Source: the human T2T-CHM13v2.0 reference genome, Homo sapiens. Taken from it: a stretch of DNA of 64,000 nt. The notes below the pieces were generated by a model. It was not told the origin of the DNA. It saw only the letters and a program-made list of their open reading frames with translations, and ran no database searches. Within the stretch, counting starts at the first letter, position 1. Each line of letters opens with the position of its first letter. The stretch is taken from assembly GCF_009914755.1 (NCBI RefSeq), contig NC_060925.1. One strand, 5' to 3'. The position numbers and the translations under genes are program-made. Positions 49,429-62,049 of the stretch are shown piece by piece.

Positions 49429-52400
49429 GTAAGACCCCTCCCCCAAACCGGGCCACGGCCCCTGGGAGCCCCCAGCCAGCCCGGAAGAGGAGCAGATGCC
49501 TGGGAGGACCGAGGGCCTCTCATCACCTCAAGCCACCTAATGAGGGCCAGGCGGCCCCCAAGTGCTAGGTGCCTCCATTTTTGCAGACCTCAGGCCAGCA
49601 GAAATTGCCCGCCTCCACAAAGGCTCAACCTAATGGCTTTCTTGTTCCTCTTCCCTGGGGCATCCAGGAGGTGCACCCAGAATTTAAGAAGGGCTTCGGG
49701 CAGTGGGCAAACTGGTATCCAGTGGATTATGTCTTTGCAATGTTAGGGTCCCAGGTGATTTTTTTAAGCTATGTTTTATTATTACTGTTATTCTTATTAG
49801 CAGCAGCAACAGCAGCCTTTGCTTTCCCTGGTACTTAAATGAACGAACAAACAAACACCAAGCCAGTTTTGTAGCTTCGAAGCATTTCTGGCTGCCCCAG
49901 AGCTCTCTGTGGGGTGGGAAGATTTTGTTTCATTTAAGAGAGTGGATGATGGCATATGTATCTTTCAAAGCAAAATGTGCATCTGTAGCTAAAACTCCAA
50001 GAGAAGTGTTAGGGGAAGTTTCATTTGGCAAGAGGGAAAATGCGGGGTCTGAGGCGGGTCTCACAGTGATGCGGAGTCGCCCCGCTCTTCCAGACAGGGC
50101 TGTGGGAAGCCTTCCAAATTTCCTTTTCCCTAGATCTGCCAGTCCCTCTCTGTCGAGTAGAGATGGGACAAGTGAGTTTCCCTTTCACCTTCCTCCACAC
50201 CCAAGTACAGCTGAGAGGATGCCTGAGAAAATTCCAGTCCCACACAGATGAGCTCTTCCCAGATACAGGCTCATTCCTGCCTTCACGTCATGAAGCCATG
50301 TGTCCGTTCCCCTACGGGGTCCTGGAACAGCCGGCCAGGAAAGGCTCTGTGGGCAGTGAGGCCCTGGCCCGTCGGCTCCACGCCGGTCCCTCTGAGCAGA
50401 CGGCTCCAGGGTTCGAGCCTAACTGCTTTACTTTGGGAGGCCCCGCAAGTGAACAGGAACGCAAGCTCCCTCCTGGCCGTTTCCGGCGCTGGTGATTCCT
50501 GCTGGTGCTGGAGCCTGGAGGGAGGCTGAGTTTTCCTCCTCGCTTCTTGGACCTCCCCTTCAAACACACCAAGGCTTAGTGATTAATGCCATTTGCTGCA
50601 AGTTTCTCCAAGGAACCACTCTGATTTCACGGTGAAGGAATGGTGCTGGAATGAGCAGGAAGGCTTCGAGACCAGACATGGAGAACTCCGCCTTCATTTA
50701 CCCTTGCCATCACCGAGCGTGGCCCAGCTAGCTGGGTCCTTCCTTGGTGCAGTATCTGTTTATGTCCCTGAGTGTCCGAAAGGAAATGACCACAGAAGGA
50801 TAGTTTAACAAGCTGGAGCCTATCTGCAGCTTCCTCTAAAGTTTGGTTTTATTTAGGCCATTGAGAAAAGAAAAATCAATTGCCGAGATCTGGATAGCAG
50901 GGGGGAGGGCCTCATTTTCCTTAAAATAATTGTTGAAAAGATCTATGAATCTTAGACAGCGCACAAGAACGCCAAGAGACAAATCTACTTGACTTAAGGA
51001 GAGTGCTTGACTATGGAATTTCATTTGTACGATGAAATTTCTTTCTTCCAAAAGGTTTTTTAAAAACCTTGATTTCTGCTCCCCACCCCGCTCCAGCCCC
51101 TGATATTAAATAACCTGGGTCTACATTTTCCTAATAATTTATCAAACATTTGTGGGCTAATTGCTTGCCACACATAATAGCCCAACATCAAATATTTGAC
51201 TTTCCCTACTCTTTCCTGTCAAGATCATGCCTCCCCAATAGCCGCCTCCCCCACCAGTTAAACTCTGAATCGCACAGAAAGAAAATGCAAAAATGTTCCT
51301 CACTAAGATAATTATCATAAAAAATCTTTTATTCCAACCCCAGCTCAATGCAGCCAGCCCCTTATCACTGCAGGGACTTGGAGGAGGCTCTCGAGCTCCT
51401 TTGAGCCTCGAGTCTGGTAGATTAGTACGTAGACGCCACTTAATTGTGAACCCCTCGGCTCTCCGGGGCCATTAGGCACTGATTTATTTTTCTGTTACAT
51501 TCCTGCTCTGCCATGAAGATTGCTGATGGAACTTCAGATAGGCAAGTGAGGCGCAGATATGACAAACAAGATGTGAGGTCACCACGGCGTTGGCTTAGTT
51601 GGCGTAGGTGACAGGTGGATGCTGTACCGCGGCCCACGCACCCCTGCCAGATGAAGAGAGTTTCATTTCCAATCACTATATTTTGTGCTTTTGTTGGGAG
51701 AAGAGGGCTTGGCTGGAGACCACGTTCAGGTAGTGAAGAAGACACAGGAGACCCTTGGGGGCCAGCCCGCTTCGGGAGAACCGAGCCTCTGCCCTGCCGT
51801 CCCGGGGCTGGACACATTCCCTCTGCAGAGCTGCAGCTCTGTCAAGAATGCGAGGCCCATTTTCACACAAGTGATTCAGACCACGGGGAAGCCACTTTCA
51901 GATGCATTCGACTTTGTGTTTTGCTTTTACACTTACAATGAAGAGGAAAGAATTCTCTTTCGTGAGAACTTTTTGCTCTTGGGAGAAAATAAAGAAAGTC
52001 ACTTCCATTCCCATATGCTTTTCTTTTGAGAAAGCCTCACGATAATTTGCTTTTCCTCTCTCCAAAAGAGGTCAAGAGGAGGCAGTGCATGGAGGACAGA
52101 GCGCATGAGCCAGCCAGATCGTGAGATCAGAGATAATAAGATGGGAAACATTATCAGAATAGGACATGTTCTTTCAGCATTTCTTTAAAGCAGAAGTTTC
52201 TTGTACCGAGAAAGTGAAAATGCCATAAACTATGCCCCCGTTTCTGGCCCCTCCATGAGCCCCAGGGGTGTATTCAGGGCCAGGCTTACCTGCCTGGAAG
52301 ACAGCCGGGAGACCTGTCCATACCACTCAGTAAGGGCAGGCCAGGCTCAGGTGTGTCCTGTACCCGGCTCTGTCCTCTGATGGGGGCCCAGCTCCATCCG

Positions 52401-54247
52401 TGGAGGGCTGGGGTTGGGGAGCAGCAGGGCAGGGATGGTCACTGAAGTCGGCTCCATCACGTCCAGGGCACCCTCCAAGGCCATTGGAGTGAGAATCAGA
52501 CTGCATTCTCATTTGCAATCTAAATTTTTATTTTCATCCCAAATTCTAAATGAGAACTGGAAAAAATAAGTTGGTCAATAATATGAGTGGGTGGGGTTGG
52601 CATTTCTTCTTGTCTTTGTTTTCAAATTTCAACTACTATGATTGTTCTTCATTGGGTCCAGAAAGAGTAAAATAAAAGCTGGCATTTCTAACTGAATCAC
52701 GATGCTGGCTGGAGGCCCCATCTCAGCCTCCTTCCAGCCCGGGACGTTGGAATCCACCCACAGGCAGCTTCCCAGGTCTGCGGGTTGGCTGTGTTCTGCA
52801 ATGGTCTTGGTGCTCAGATCTGCAGGGCTTGTTCCCCAGTGAAAATCCCAGTTTCTGAAGACAAGGGAAGGCCTGAGAGGGGGTGATGGTGAGCATCCCT
52901 CTATCAGAGGCTCACCTCGCTTTCCCCAAAACCCTCAGTGGGAAATTGGGGCCCTGCCAGCCCTGCTTCCTCGGCCCCAAAACCATGGGCAGGCTGCAGG
53001 CCCACTGCTCCACCTCTTCCTTGGACGAGCAACTCGGTGTTGCCCAGCCTCAGTTTGCCAGTTCTGAAGCGGGCATGCGAATACTGTCGCCCTTCCCTGG
53101 GTGCTTGCAGGTCGATGCGGGGCTTCAGTGCCCAGATTCTCTTAAGCCCTGAGGACAGGACCTGCCACGTGGGGCTCCCACCAGACCCCAGGGGTCAGCC
53201 TTGCCACCCACATCATTTGCACAGTGGGCTCTCTCTGAAGAATTTGCAGGCTTGAATCACATTTCAAGGTGGCATTTTGTAGACTTCTAGGGTGAGTATT
53301 TCTTGCCCACCTCCTCCCAGGCTGTGCACCCTGTCCAAGGATCCCTCCTGGCAGCTCCTAGGTGGGTTTGGTTTGTTCAGTGAGTGAACAAACTCGGAAA
53401 GCTCCGAATGGCAGCCTTCCCCGGAGAGGTTTGGGACGGAGCCCTCCAAGCCCCAGAGGCTGGAGCTGAGGTGTGGACCGCAGTCCTGTGGGAAGTGGAC
53501 TGCGCAGGCCCTGGGCATCCTCTGGCTTTTTTCCCTTCATGATCTTGTTTTCCCCCAAACCAGTGCTTTCCTGAGGTTCAGGTCAGTGAGCAGGGCCAGG
53601 ATGCCTGGACACCGGCTGAGAACGAAATCACAGTGTTTGGTGCATCTTGACCAGCAGTGGTGCCTGCCCACTCACCCCCAATGCACACACCCCTGGGGCT
53701 CCTCTCGGCCAGACACCCCTTCCCTGTCAGCCAGATACTTACCTCTGTCCAAAGACGGCACCAAAAATCACATCTGGCAAGCTGGCATCTGTACCTTGGT
53801 TGGCAAGGGGTGGGTGGGTGCGTGCCATCCAGTATGCCTGCTGTGGTCTCTTGGGGCCAGCACCCTGCTGGAATCCCCACCTTGGGCACCTGAGGCTCAG
53901 GGAGCCAGGCTCTGAGGACCCGCCAGGGGTGCTGGGGTGGCCCAGGCCAAATAGCAGCATCTCTACCCTTAGGCTCAGGGAAGCTTCCAGTCAGCAAGGA
54001 GGTGCCACTTCTGGTAACCCCTGCACTGCCCAGACTGCAAAGCAGCCCACACTTTCCTTAGGACTCTAAAAGGCCTATGACCGTGGTGGTCTCTCTGACA
54101 CAGGGAGGGGACAGGAAGTGACAGCCCTCTTCCATCTGCCCCCATCCCCCCGTCTCCGCGGCAATCCTTAGGTTCAGGCCTTTGAGTCAACGTTCAGACC
54201 AAGCTCATGAAGACTCTGCTCAATGCTGGGCACTGGGTCAGTCCTCG

Positions 54248-54950
54248 TGCACGTGCATACACACCCAAACACACATTCCCACAAGCACCCAAATGCACAC
54301 ACACAAATTGCATGCATACACACATCACATGCACACAAACACAAACATGCACGTTAGCATACACACATTCATATACAAGCATGTGTACACATATTCATGC
54401 CTGCACAACTACACACCCATTGGCGCACACACACACAAACCAACACACAATGTGCGTGTTCACACACATATTCACATGCACATGTGTGCACATCAAACAC
54501 ATATGCACACACAACATAGCCACCCATGCGCACGAACATATATGTATAATATGCACGTATGCATACATAACACAAATGCACACACATGCAGACAGAAACA
54601 CGTGCATTCACACATGCAAAGTATGCACCCACATGAACACACAGATGCACACATGCCTCAACACAAAGGCATCCACAAACCACACATGTGCAAGTATGAA
54701 AACATGCCAGTGCACACATATTCACGCATGTAGGTGCATGCAGAAACACATGCATCCTCACACACATGCACATGAGTACCCATGCAGGCCCACACAAACA
54801 CGGGTGTAAGTGCATAGACATGCACACACAGTCACACAAAAATGCACAGACATGGATGCAGATATGCTGAGATATTCACACTTACGTGTGCATACACAGC
54901 TGCCTGCTCATGCCCAAGACGCCCCCGTGCACTCACACACTGGTGCACAC
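54248..54950. repeat. ~700 bp degenerate CA/CATG-rich repeat (intron 5)
   Basis: acacacatgcacac variants. Confidence 0.93.
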
Positions 54951-55624
54951 ACCATTGTTCAATTCATTTGGGAAAGAGCTCAGTGCCAGCGTTCTTTCCA
55001 GAGCCGGGGGGATGAGGCATCTTGTTGGGGGGGTCTCGCGTCTTAGGTGGAAGGCTGCTGCCCAGCTGCTACAGGCAGGGGAGGCAGGGACGGGCCCAGA
55101 GCCCCCCCACCGGGATGACAGCTCCAGGCTGATTGTTTGGCTTGGCAAGGCAGTCAGGATGCTGCCTCGTAAACTTAATAATAGCTGCCCCCCTTTTAAT
55201 TTGTTTGACCTTGACGACAATAATTTATTATATGCACTGGAGCTCTGTCATCGTTTTTCTCCTGATTCATAAACAAAGCACTTGGCCCGGCTTCCTCCTC
55301 CACTCCCGAGCGGGGCCTTCTCCAGCCCACGGTGGCTGCCTGAGGCACAGGCAGGGCCGGGTGTCGCCCGGGGCTCCCTCTGAGGCACAGATTGGGGGGT
55401 CCTTTGGTCCTGCCCAGGGCTGGGCCCTGGGGACTCCACATGCCTGTTTCCAGGGCAGGCTGGTGGGCCCCAAGTTGAAGGCTGGAAGGAAGCAGTGCAG
55501 GACTGGCCAGCCTGGGTGCAGGCCCTGAGGCACCGTGGTGAGGGGGCCAGGTCTCCAGAGTCCCCTGATAGCCCTGGGCTGGGTCTCCAGCTCACTCACC
55601 ACCACCTCGTTCTCTCTCTTGCAG

Positions 55625-55832
55625 AGGAGCCCACGTTCCGCTGTGACGAGTGTGACGAACTCTTCCAGTCCAAGCTGGACCTGCGGCGCCATAAGAAGTA
55701 CACGTGTGGCTCAGTGGGGGCTGCGCTCTACGAGGGCCTGGCTGAGGAGCTCAAGCCCGAGGGCCTTGGCGGTGGCAGCGGCCAAGCCCACGAGTGCAAG
55801 GACTGCGAGCGGATGTTCCCCAACAAGTACAG
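55625..55832 (+). CDS. PRDM16: PRDM16 exon 6 (208 nt): atypical zinc finger 1 and first half of finger 2
   Basis: Acceptor tctctctcttgcag|AG, donor TACAG|gtgcca; encodes EEPTFRCDECDELFQSKLDLRRHKKYTC...HECKDCERMFPNKY; phase 1/2. Confidence 0.96.
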
Positions 55833-55840
55833 GTGCCACG

Positions 55841-55895
55841 CCCTCCTCTGAGTCTTCCTCCCCTTCCCGTACCCTCCTCTGAGTCTTCCTCCCCT
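55841..55895. repeat. 31-bp tandem repeat, ~1.8 copies, from +9 of intron 6
   Basis: ccctcctctgagtcttcctccccttcccgta then ccctcctctgagtcttcctcccct. Confidence 0.9.
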
Positions 55896-56343
55896 CCCTT
55901 CCCCCGCCTCGCTCCCCAAGAGGTGTAGACAAAGGGCCCCCTGGTGGGACACACCCTGGGGATATGTGCCCCTTCTGGGACACTGGCGCTGCGGGCAGAG
56001 CAGGTGCAGGATCCCATGGCCAGAGCCGCAGGTGTCCCCTGGCTCCGACCGCAAATGTCCTGGCCCCAGAAAGCCACCTCCTAGGCTCATGGCCCTGCCT
56101 GCCAGGGCTGTGCTGTGGGGAGAAACTAGAAAGGAGAAAAACTCAGGCCAGAGCCCAGACCTGCAGCCGCTAAGCCCAAGGCTACTTCTGTAATAAGGTC
56201 CCAGACCGGGATGGGGGTGGCAGCACCCACCACCAAGGGATTCATGGTGGCCCCACCCTCCGGACACACGAGCAGCTCCTTCTCAGATGGTAGGCAAGAG
56301 CCGGAAGGGGTCACCCCTATCCCCAAGGCACCAGCCCTGCTCC

Positions 56344-56358
56344 CCACCAGGTGGCAGC
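56344..56358 (+). promoter_or_regulatory. Candidate CTCF site
   Basis: CCACCAGGTGGCAGC fits the core consensus CCASYAGRKGGCRS without mismatch. Confidence 0.6.
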
Positions 56359-57541
56359 GGACTGTCCCAGGAGGGGCTTCAGAGACATGAGCGGGCCCAC
56401 GCTGGCCCTCCCCTGCCCTGAGACCAGGCAGGAGCCAGCATCTGGGGCCTGGGCGGCCTTGGGGACCTGTGGCCCCCGGGAAAGACAAGATTCCTGGTCT
56501 CTGTGGGGAGTGAAACCAGGACATTCAGTCCAGTGCTGTAAGGAGCTATGGAGACTTTTCCAACCTGGGCCCCTCCTCCTGCCTTTGAGGATTTCCTCCA
56601 GGACAGCCTCGCAAAGTCAGAGCAAAGCCCATCAGGCCACTAACCGGCTATGTGATTGCTGGGGATTACCGCCCATCCCCGCACCGCTCCCTGGGGACGG
56701 CAAACCCTCCACCCGGAACAGATGACTGAGAAAATAAACGTTTGGGCAAATCCCAACTGCGGCCCTTCCCAGTAAACGCCGCTCAAGAGGGTCCGTGTTT
56801 TCTTTACATAAACACATAAATCACAATTAACAACGGGGGAAAAGATACAGTCTCCTGATGCTCGGGAACCAGGCGTTTCTGATCTGAATGGATGGCTGGG
56901 CCCCGTAATTAACGAGCCGTGATATATCACTGCTTTGCTCATGAAGATTAACGGTCATCCCTGGGACAAGGGAAGCCGGGGGTCCCCCAAGAGCAGGGAA
57001 TTAGAGCGACTCCTTCATCCAAGTGCAGCGGCCCCTCTGAGCAGCTGTGCTCGGGTCCCCTCCGTGTCACCTGGAGACCCCCGAGTGACTCCCGACCTGC
57101 GTCCTCGGTGTGTGCCCAGCACTCAGAGGGGCATCCTTGGGTTTGGGGGACTTGCCCCACTCCTGGGTTCATGCCAGTGTTGAACCCCTTTTTTCTTAGG
57201 CCCAAGCCTAGCTGCAAGGCCAGGACCAGCTTGAGAGGCACCCAGGGAGTGTGGGCCGGGGTCCGGCACTGCCTCCAGCCGCCCTGGGGGTGGTCTTGGG
57301 TGAGGGATGGAACCATCCAGGTGCCGGCTTCCCCATCTGCTAGGGGAAGGCCGCCTCTGCCCCTCACAGCCCGGCCACGGCAGAGAGGAGGTGGGCAGGG
57401 AGACACCAGCATGTGCTCTGATCCCTCGGCAGCGTGGTGGGGGCTCCGAAGGGGCACTGGGAACAAGCTGTATGGTTGGGGTCCCCTCCCGGGCAGAGGG
57501 CAGGTAGTCGGGCCCCGCAGTGAGCCTCGTCCTCTGCGCAG

Positions 57542-57689
57542 CCTGGAGCAGCACATGGTCATCCACACGGAGGAGCGCGAGTACAAATGCGACCAGTGTC
57601 CCAAGGCCTTCAACTGGAAGTCCAACCTCATCCGCCACCAGATGTCCCACGACAGCGGCAAACGCTTCGAATGTGAAAACTGCGTGAAG
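57542..57689 (+). CDS. PRDM16: PRDM16 exon 7 (148 nt): zinc fingers 2 (end), 3, 4 (start)
   Basis: Acceptor cctctgcgcag|C, donor GTGAAG|gtaacc; encodes [50 protein letters not shown]; phase 2/0. Confidence 0.97.
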
Positions 57690-58084
57690 GTAACCTGCGG
57701 GGCGGCCCCGTCTCAGCCCCGGGGCAGCAGGAGGCTGCAGACGGGCGCCCGCCCCCGTGCTCCCTACACCCCCTGGTCCAAATGTAGATGGAGTGCGGCA
57801 GAGTGGGTAGGAGGCCCCTGCGGTGGCTCGGGCCCTTCCGTGTGACTAGGAAGGAAAGGAAGTCTCAGGGAAGACCGTGTCCCCCAGGTCAGAAGGATCA
57901 GGGCCGAGACCAGAACCCAGGCCCCTCCAGAGCGCGGCTCCTGTCCTCCCGCCGGTGTGGAAGGAAGAGGCTGGCGGGGCTGAGCCGAGCCTCCACCCCG
58001 AGCCCGCCAGGGTCTCAGCACCACAGCTGAAAACGCTTTCTGCAGCCCTGTCTCACGCAGCCTCAGTTCAGGAATTGTTCTTGA

Positions 58085-58633
<549 letters not shown>

Positions 58634-59252
58634 TGAGTTTGTCCCTCACTGCTCCCCTTCCCCATCCCGTCCTCCTCCACGGCTCCCCTTGCTTCACCTC
58701 ACAGGGGCTGGAGGGGGGCAGTGGGTGATGGGAGGGACCAGGGTCCTGCAGAAGGAGCTGGACCCTCCCTCCCTGTTGCTACTCCCGTCCCCCGAACTCA
58801 CTCCCCACCTGTGCCGAGCTCCAGAAGGGCGTGCTTCTGTGCTGCCCTGCACGTGACAGTCTCAGCAGACACCCACTGGGATTGTCAGGGCGGTGTCTCT
58901 AGGGGGCCCTGTCTGTGCCCAGTGCTGTTCCAGTGCGGGGGCCAGCCCTGAATAAAAGACCAGCTGTCTTTAGGAGGCTCGCACACCAATGGGAGGAGAC
59001 AGGCAAGCCAGACAAGCAAGGTGGCAGGCACAGCTCTGGGTGCAGCGGTGTGGGGTTACAGCCTCACAGGGGGCCAGGCTGGCAGCCTGGTGTGGGAGCT
59101 GAGACTGCCTGTTCGATGAGAGGCGTTCCAGCAAAGACACAAGGAGAGTGAGCCCTGGGCACCTGTGGAGGAGGCTCAGGAGGGAGCTGTGAGCGTAGAG
59201 GCCCAGAGGCCAGGGTTTGTTTAAGGAGTGAGTGAGCGGAGTGAGAAGAAAG

Positions 59253-59561
59253 GGCCAGGTGGTGGCTCACACCTGTAATCCCAACACTTTGGGCGGCCCA
59301 GGCAGGAAGATCACCTGAGGCCAGGAGTTCAAGACCAGCCTGAGCAATGTAGCAAGACACCATTTCTACCAAAAAAAAAAAAATTTTTTTTTTAATTAGC
59401 CAACCACGGTAGTGTGTGCCTGTGGTCCCAGCTGCTCAGGGGGCTAAGGGCAAGAGGATGTCCTGAGCCCAGGAATTCGAGGCTGCAGTAAGCCAAGATC
59501 ACACCACTGCACTCCAGCCTGGGCAACAGAGCAAGACTCTGTAAAGAAATAAAAATAAATA
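59253..59561 (+). mobile_element. Alu (AluJ-like)
   Basis: ggccaggtggtggctcacacctgtaatccc...tgagcccaggaattcgaggctgcagt...A-rich tail. Confidence 0.94.
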
Positions 59562-59699
59562 AGAGAAAGGTAAGAGGTCACCAGGGCCGGGTCCAAGGGG
59601 CCTTGTGGGCCAGTGCAGGGACTATGACCCTGATTCTCAGTGAAGTCAGAGGCCCCTGAAGGGTCCTGTCTGCTGGGCCTTGTGCCGAGTCATCGCTTC

Positions 59700-59900
59700 C
59701 CAAGCATTCTTACACAGCATCCTTACGAAAGCCTGAGAGTGGGGCCCTTCTGTCTCCAGTTGTCATAGGAGGAAAGGGAGGCTACAAGATGTTGAGTGAC
59801 CGTGGGCTCAAGGCCAGGCTGTGGAGCCCAAATTTTAGCTTCAGGGGCCTGGCTCCTGGCCCCCGGCTGGGTGATTTGAACCTTCCAGGCTCCGTTGCAT
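59700..59900 (-). mobile_element. MIR fragment (degenerate)
   Basis: ctccagttgtcataggaggaaagggaggct...gttgagtgacc...gatttgaacc resembles MIR reverse complement. Confidence 0.45.
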
Positions 59901-61273
59901 CAGCCTGGAGAGGCGGGGTGCTGGGAGCTTGGGAACCTGGACTCAGGTGTTCTTGCTGATGTGGGACCACTCAGGCACTGACCACTTGCACAAGAGGTGA
60001 TGTCCGCCAGCCAGCCGGGCCCCTGTCAGCACCTGGGCTGTGCCCGTCCCACCCACCTCCCAAGCCCCAGCGTCCAGCCGTCCTGCTAGGGGTGACTCCG
60101 CCCCCAGCCTAACCTGGGCCACATGCCCCCACCAACTGAGGAACCAAAGGGAGATGGAGCTCTGCCTGCCGGCCGTTCCACAAGTACTGTTTTCCCATTT
60201 GCTGACCACCGATCTCCCAGGAGGAGCATGTGTGCAGTGTGCCCGGCTCCGGCACCCCGATACACAGTACCCCTTTCCTCTGGGAGAAGCCAGCACGGTG
60301 CGAGCTGGGCAGGAGTCAGGGGCTGGGGCGGGGGGTGACTGCTCCCAGCTGCAGGTCAAGTGACTCCAGTGAGAGCGGCACCAGTTGGTGCCTCAGATGA
60401 CAACGTGGAGTTCTATAGCAAGCTCAGGAGCAAGAAAATTGGACCTAGGTTTAAACTTCCTTGCCTCTCTGGGCCTGCAGACGAGCGTTCTAAAGTCCCG
60501 TTGCATCGCTTTAATGATGTGCATTCCAAGAGCTGCAGCACCCTGGGCAGCTGGAGCCCACTGTTCCCACCACACTGCAGGCTGCTCCCCATCCCTCGTG
60601 GATGGAGTGAGGACAGGGAAACTCAACTGGCCCTGCCCCGCCTCGGCGACTCTTGCGCTTCTTGTCCACACACTCGGCTCACCTTTGTGCCTTGGCTTTT
60701 TGCTAAGGGGATAAAGCTTAAAGGAAAACCCCAGATGTGGGCAGATCGGGTTTATGAAGATTCTCATTCCCTTAGAAATTAGATCAGACACAAGCAACGC
60801 AGCCCTGGTATCCCCCAGGCCACTGCACAGTGTCCTTTGGTGCAACTGCAGAAGGGGGTCTTCAGGCTTGGAGAGGAGAATTTGCAAACAAGTGAGGGAG
60901 TCCAAATGGCGTGGCCCTTTCCAGGAATGGTCAGTTGCTTGCAGGAGAGGTCACAGCTGCGCAGGCGCTCATGGCCAGACTCCGTGTCCACCTGCTGGGT
61001 GACACACCCATGGCACAGGCAGATGGAAGCCCTAAGCCCCCACCTCACTGGCCACACAGACGGAGGGGGTGTCATTCCTGGTGGTGTCTTTCCCACCAAG
61101 GCGCTCACCTGTGCCCTGGGCTGTGTACAAACGTGTGTGTGCATGGGTGTAAGAGAAGGGGTGGGTAGAGCGAGAGGAGAGGAGAACAGGACAGAGAGGA
61201 AGTATAATATCTGGGAATGAGGTGCACAGGCTCCCACTGGGCACTTTGCAGAAAGAGCCTTTGCTTTAATAAG

Positions 61274-62049
61274 TATGCACGTGTGAGAGTGTGTGAGTGT
61301 GGGCGCGTGCACCGGTGCGTGTGTGTGTGAGAGCGTGTGTGTGGACACATGAGCTGGTGCATGTGTCGGTGCGTGTGAGAGCGTGTGAGTGTGGGTGTGT
61401 GAGCTGGTGTGTGTGTGAGTGCATGAGTGTGGGTGCGTGAGCTGGTGCCTGTGTTGGCATGTGTGAGAGTGTGTGAGTGTGAGCACGTGAGCCGGTGCAT
61501 GTGTTGGCGTGCATGAGAGTGTGTGAGTGTGGGCGCGTGAGCCGGTGCATGTGTTGGCACACGTGAGAGTGCATGAGTGTGGGCGCGTGAGCCGGTGCGT
61601 GTGTGTGAGCGCGTGTGGGCGCGTGAGCTGGTGCGTGTGTTGGAGGATGTGAGAGCACGAGGGTGGGCACGTGAGCTGGTGCGTGTGTGTGTGAGAGCGC
61701 ATGAGGGTGGGCGTGTGAGCCAGTGCTTGTGTTGGCACGCATGAGAGTGAGGGGCGTGTGAGCCAGTGCATGTGTTGGCACGTGTGAGAGCATGTGAGGG
61801 TTGGCGTGTGAGCCGGGGCATGTCAGTGTGTGTGAGTGTGGGCGTGTGGGCCGGTGCGTGTGTCGGCGCACGTGACAGCGTGAGTGTGGGCGCGTGTCTG
61901 TGAGTGCGAGTGTGGGCGTGTGAGTTGATGCATGTGAGTGTGTGAGTGTGGGTGTGTGTGAGTGAGTGTGGGCACGTGAGTTGGTGCGTGTGTGTGTGAG
62001 AGTGTGGGCGCGTGAGTTGGTGCGTGTGGGTGTGAGAGTGTGTGAGTGG
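61274..62049. repeat. TG-rich minisatellite with ~40-55 bp variable unit
   Basis: Recurring gtgagc(c/t)ggtgc(a/g)tgtgttggc...gagtgtgggcgc. Confidence 0.94.

Noticed and set aside
54182-54839. His/Thr- and Cys/Val-rich ORFs (also 60779-63141) resembling metal-binding proteins
   Set aside because: Products of CA/TG dinucleotide repeats.
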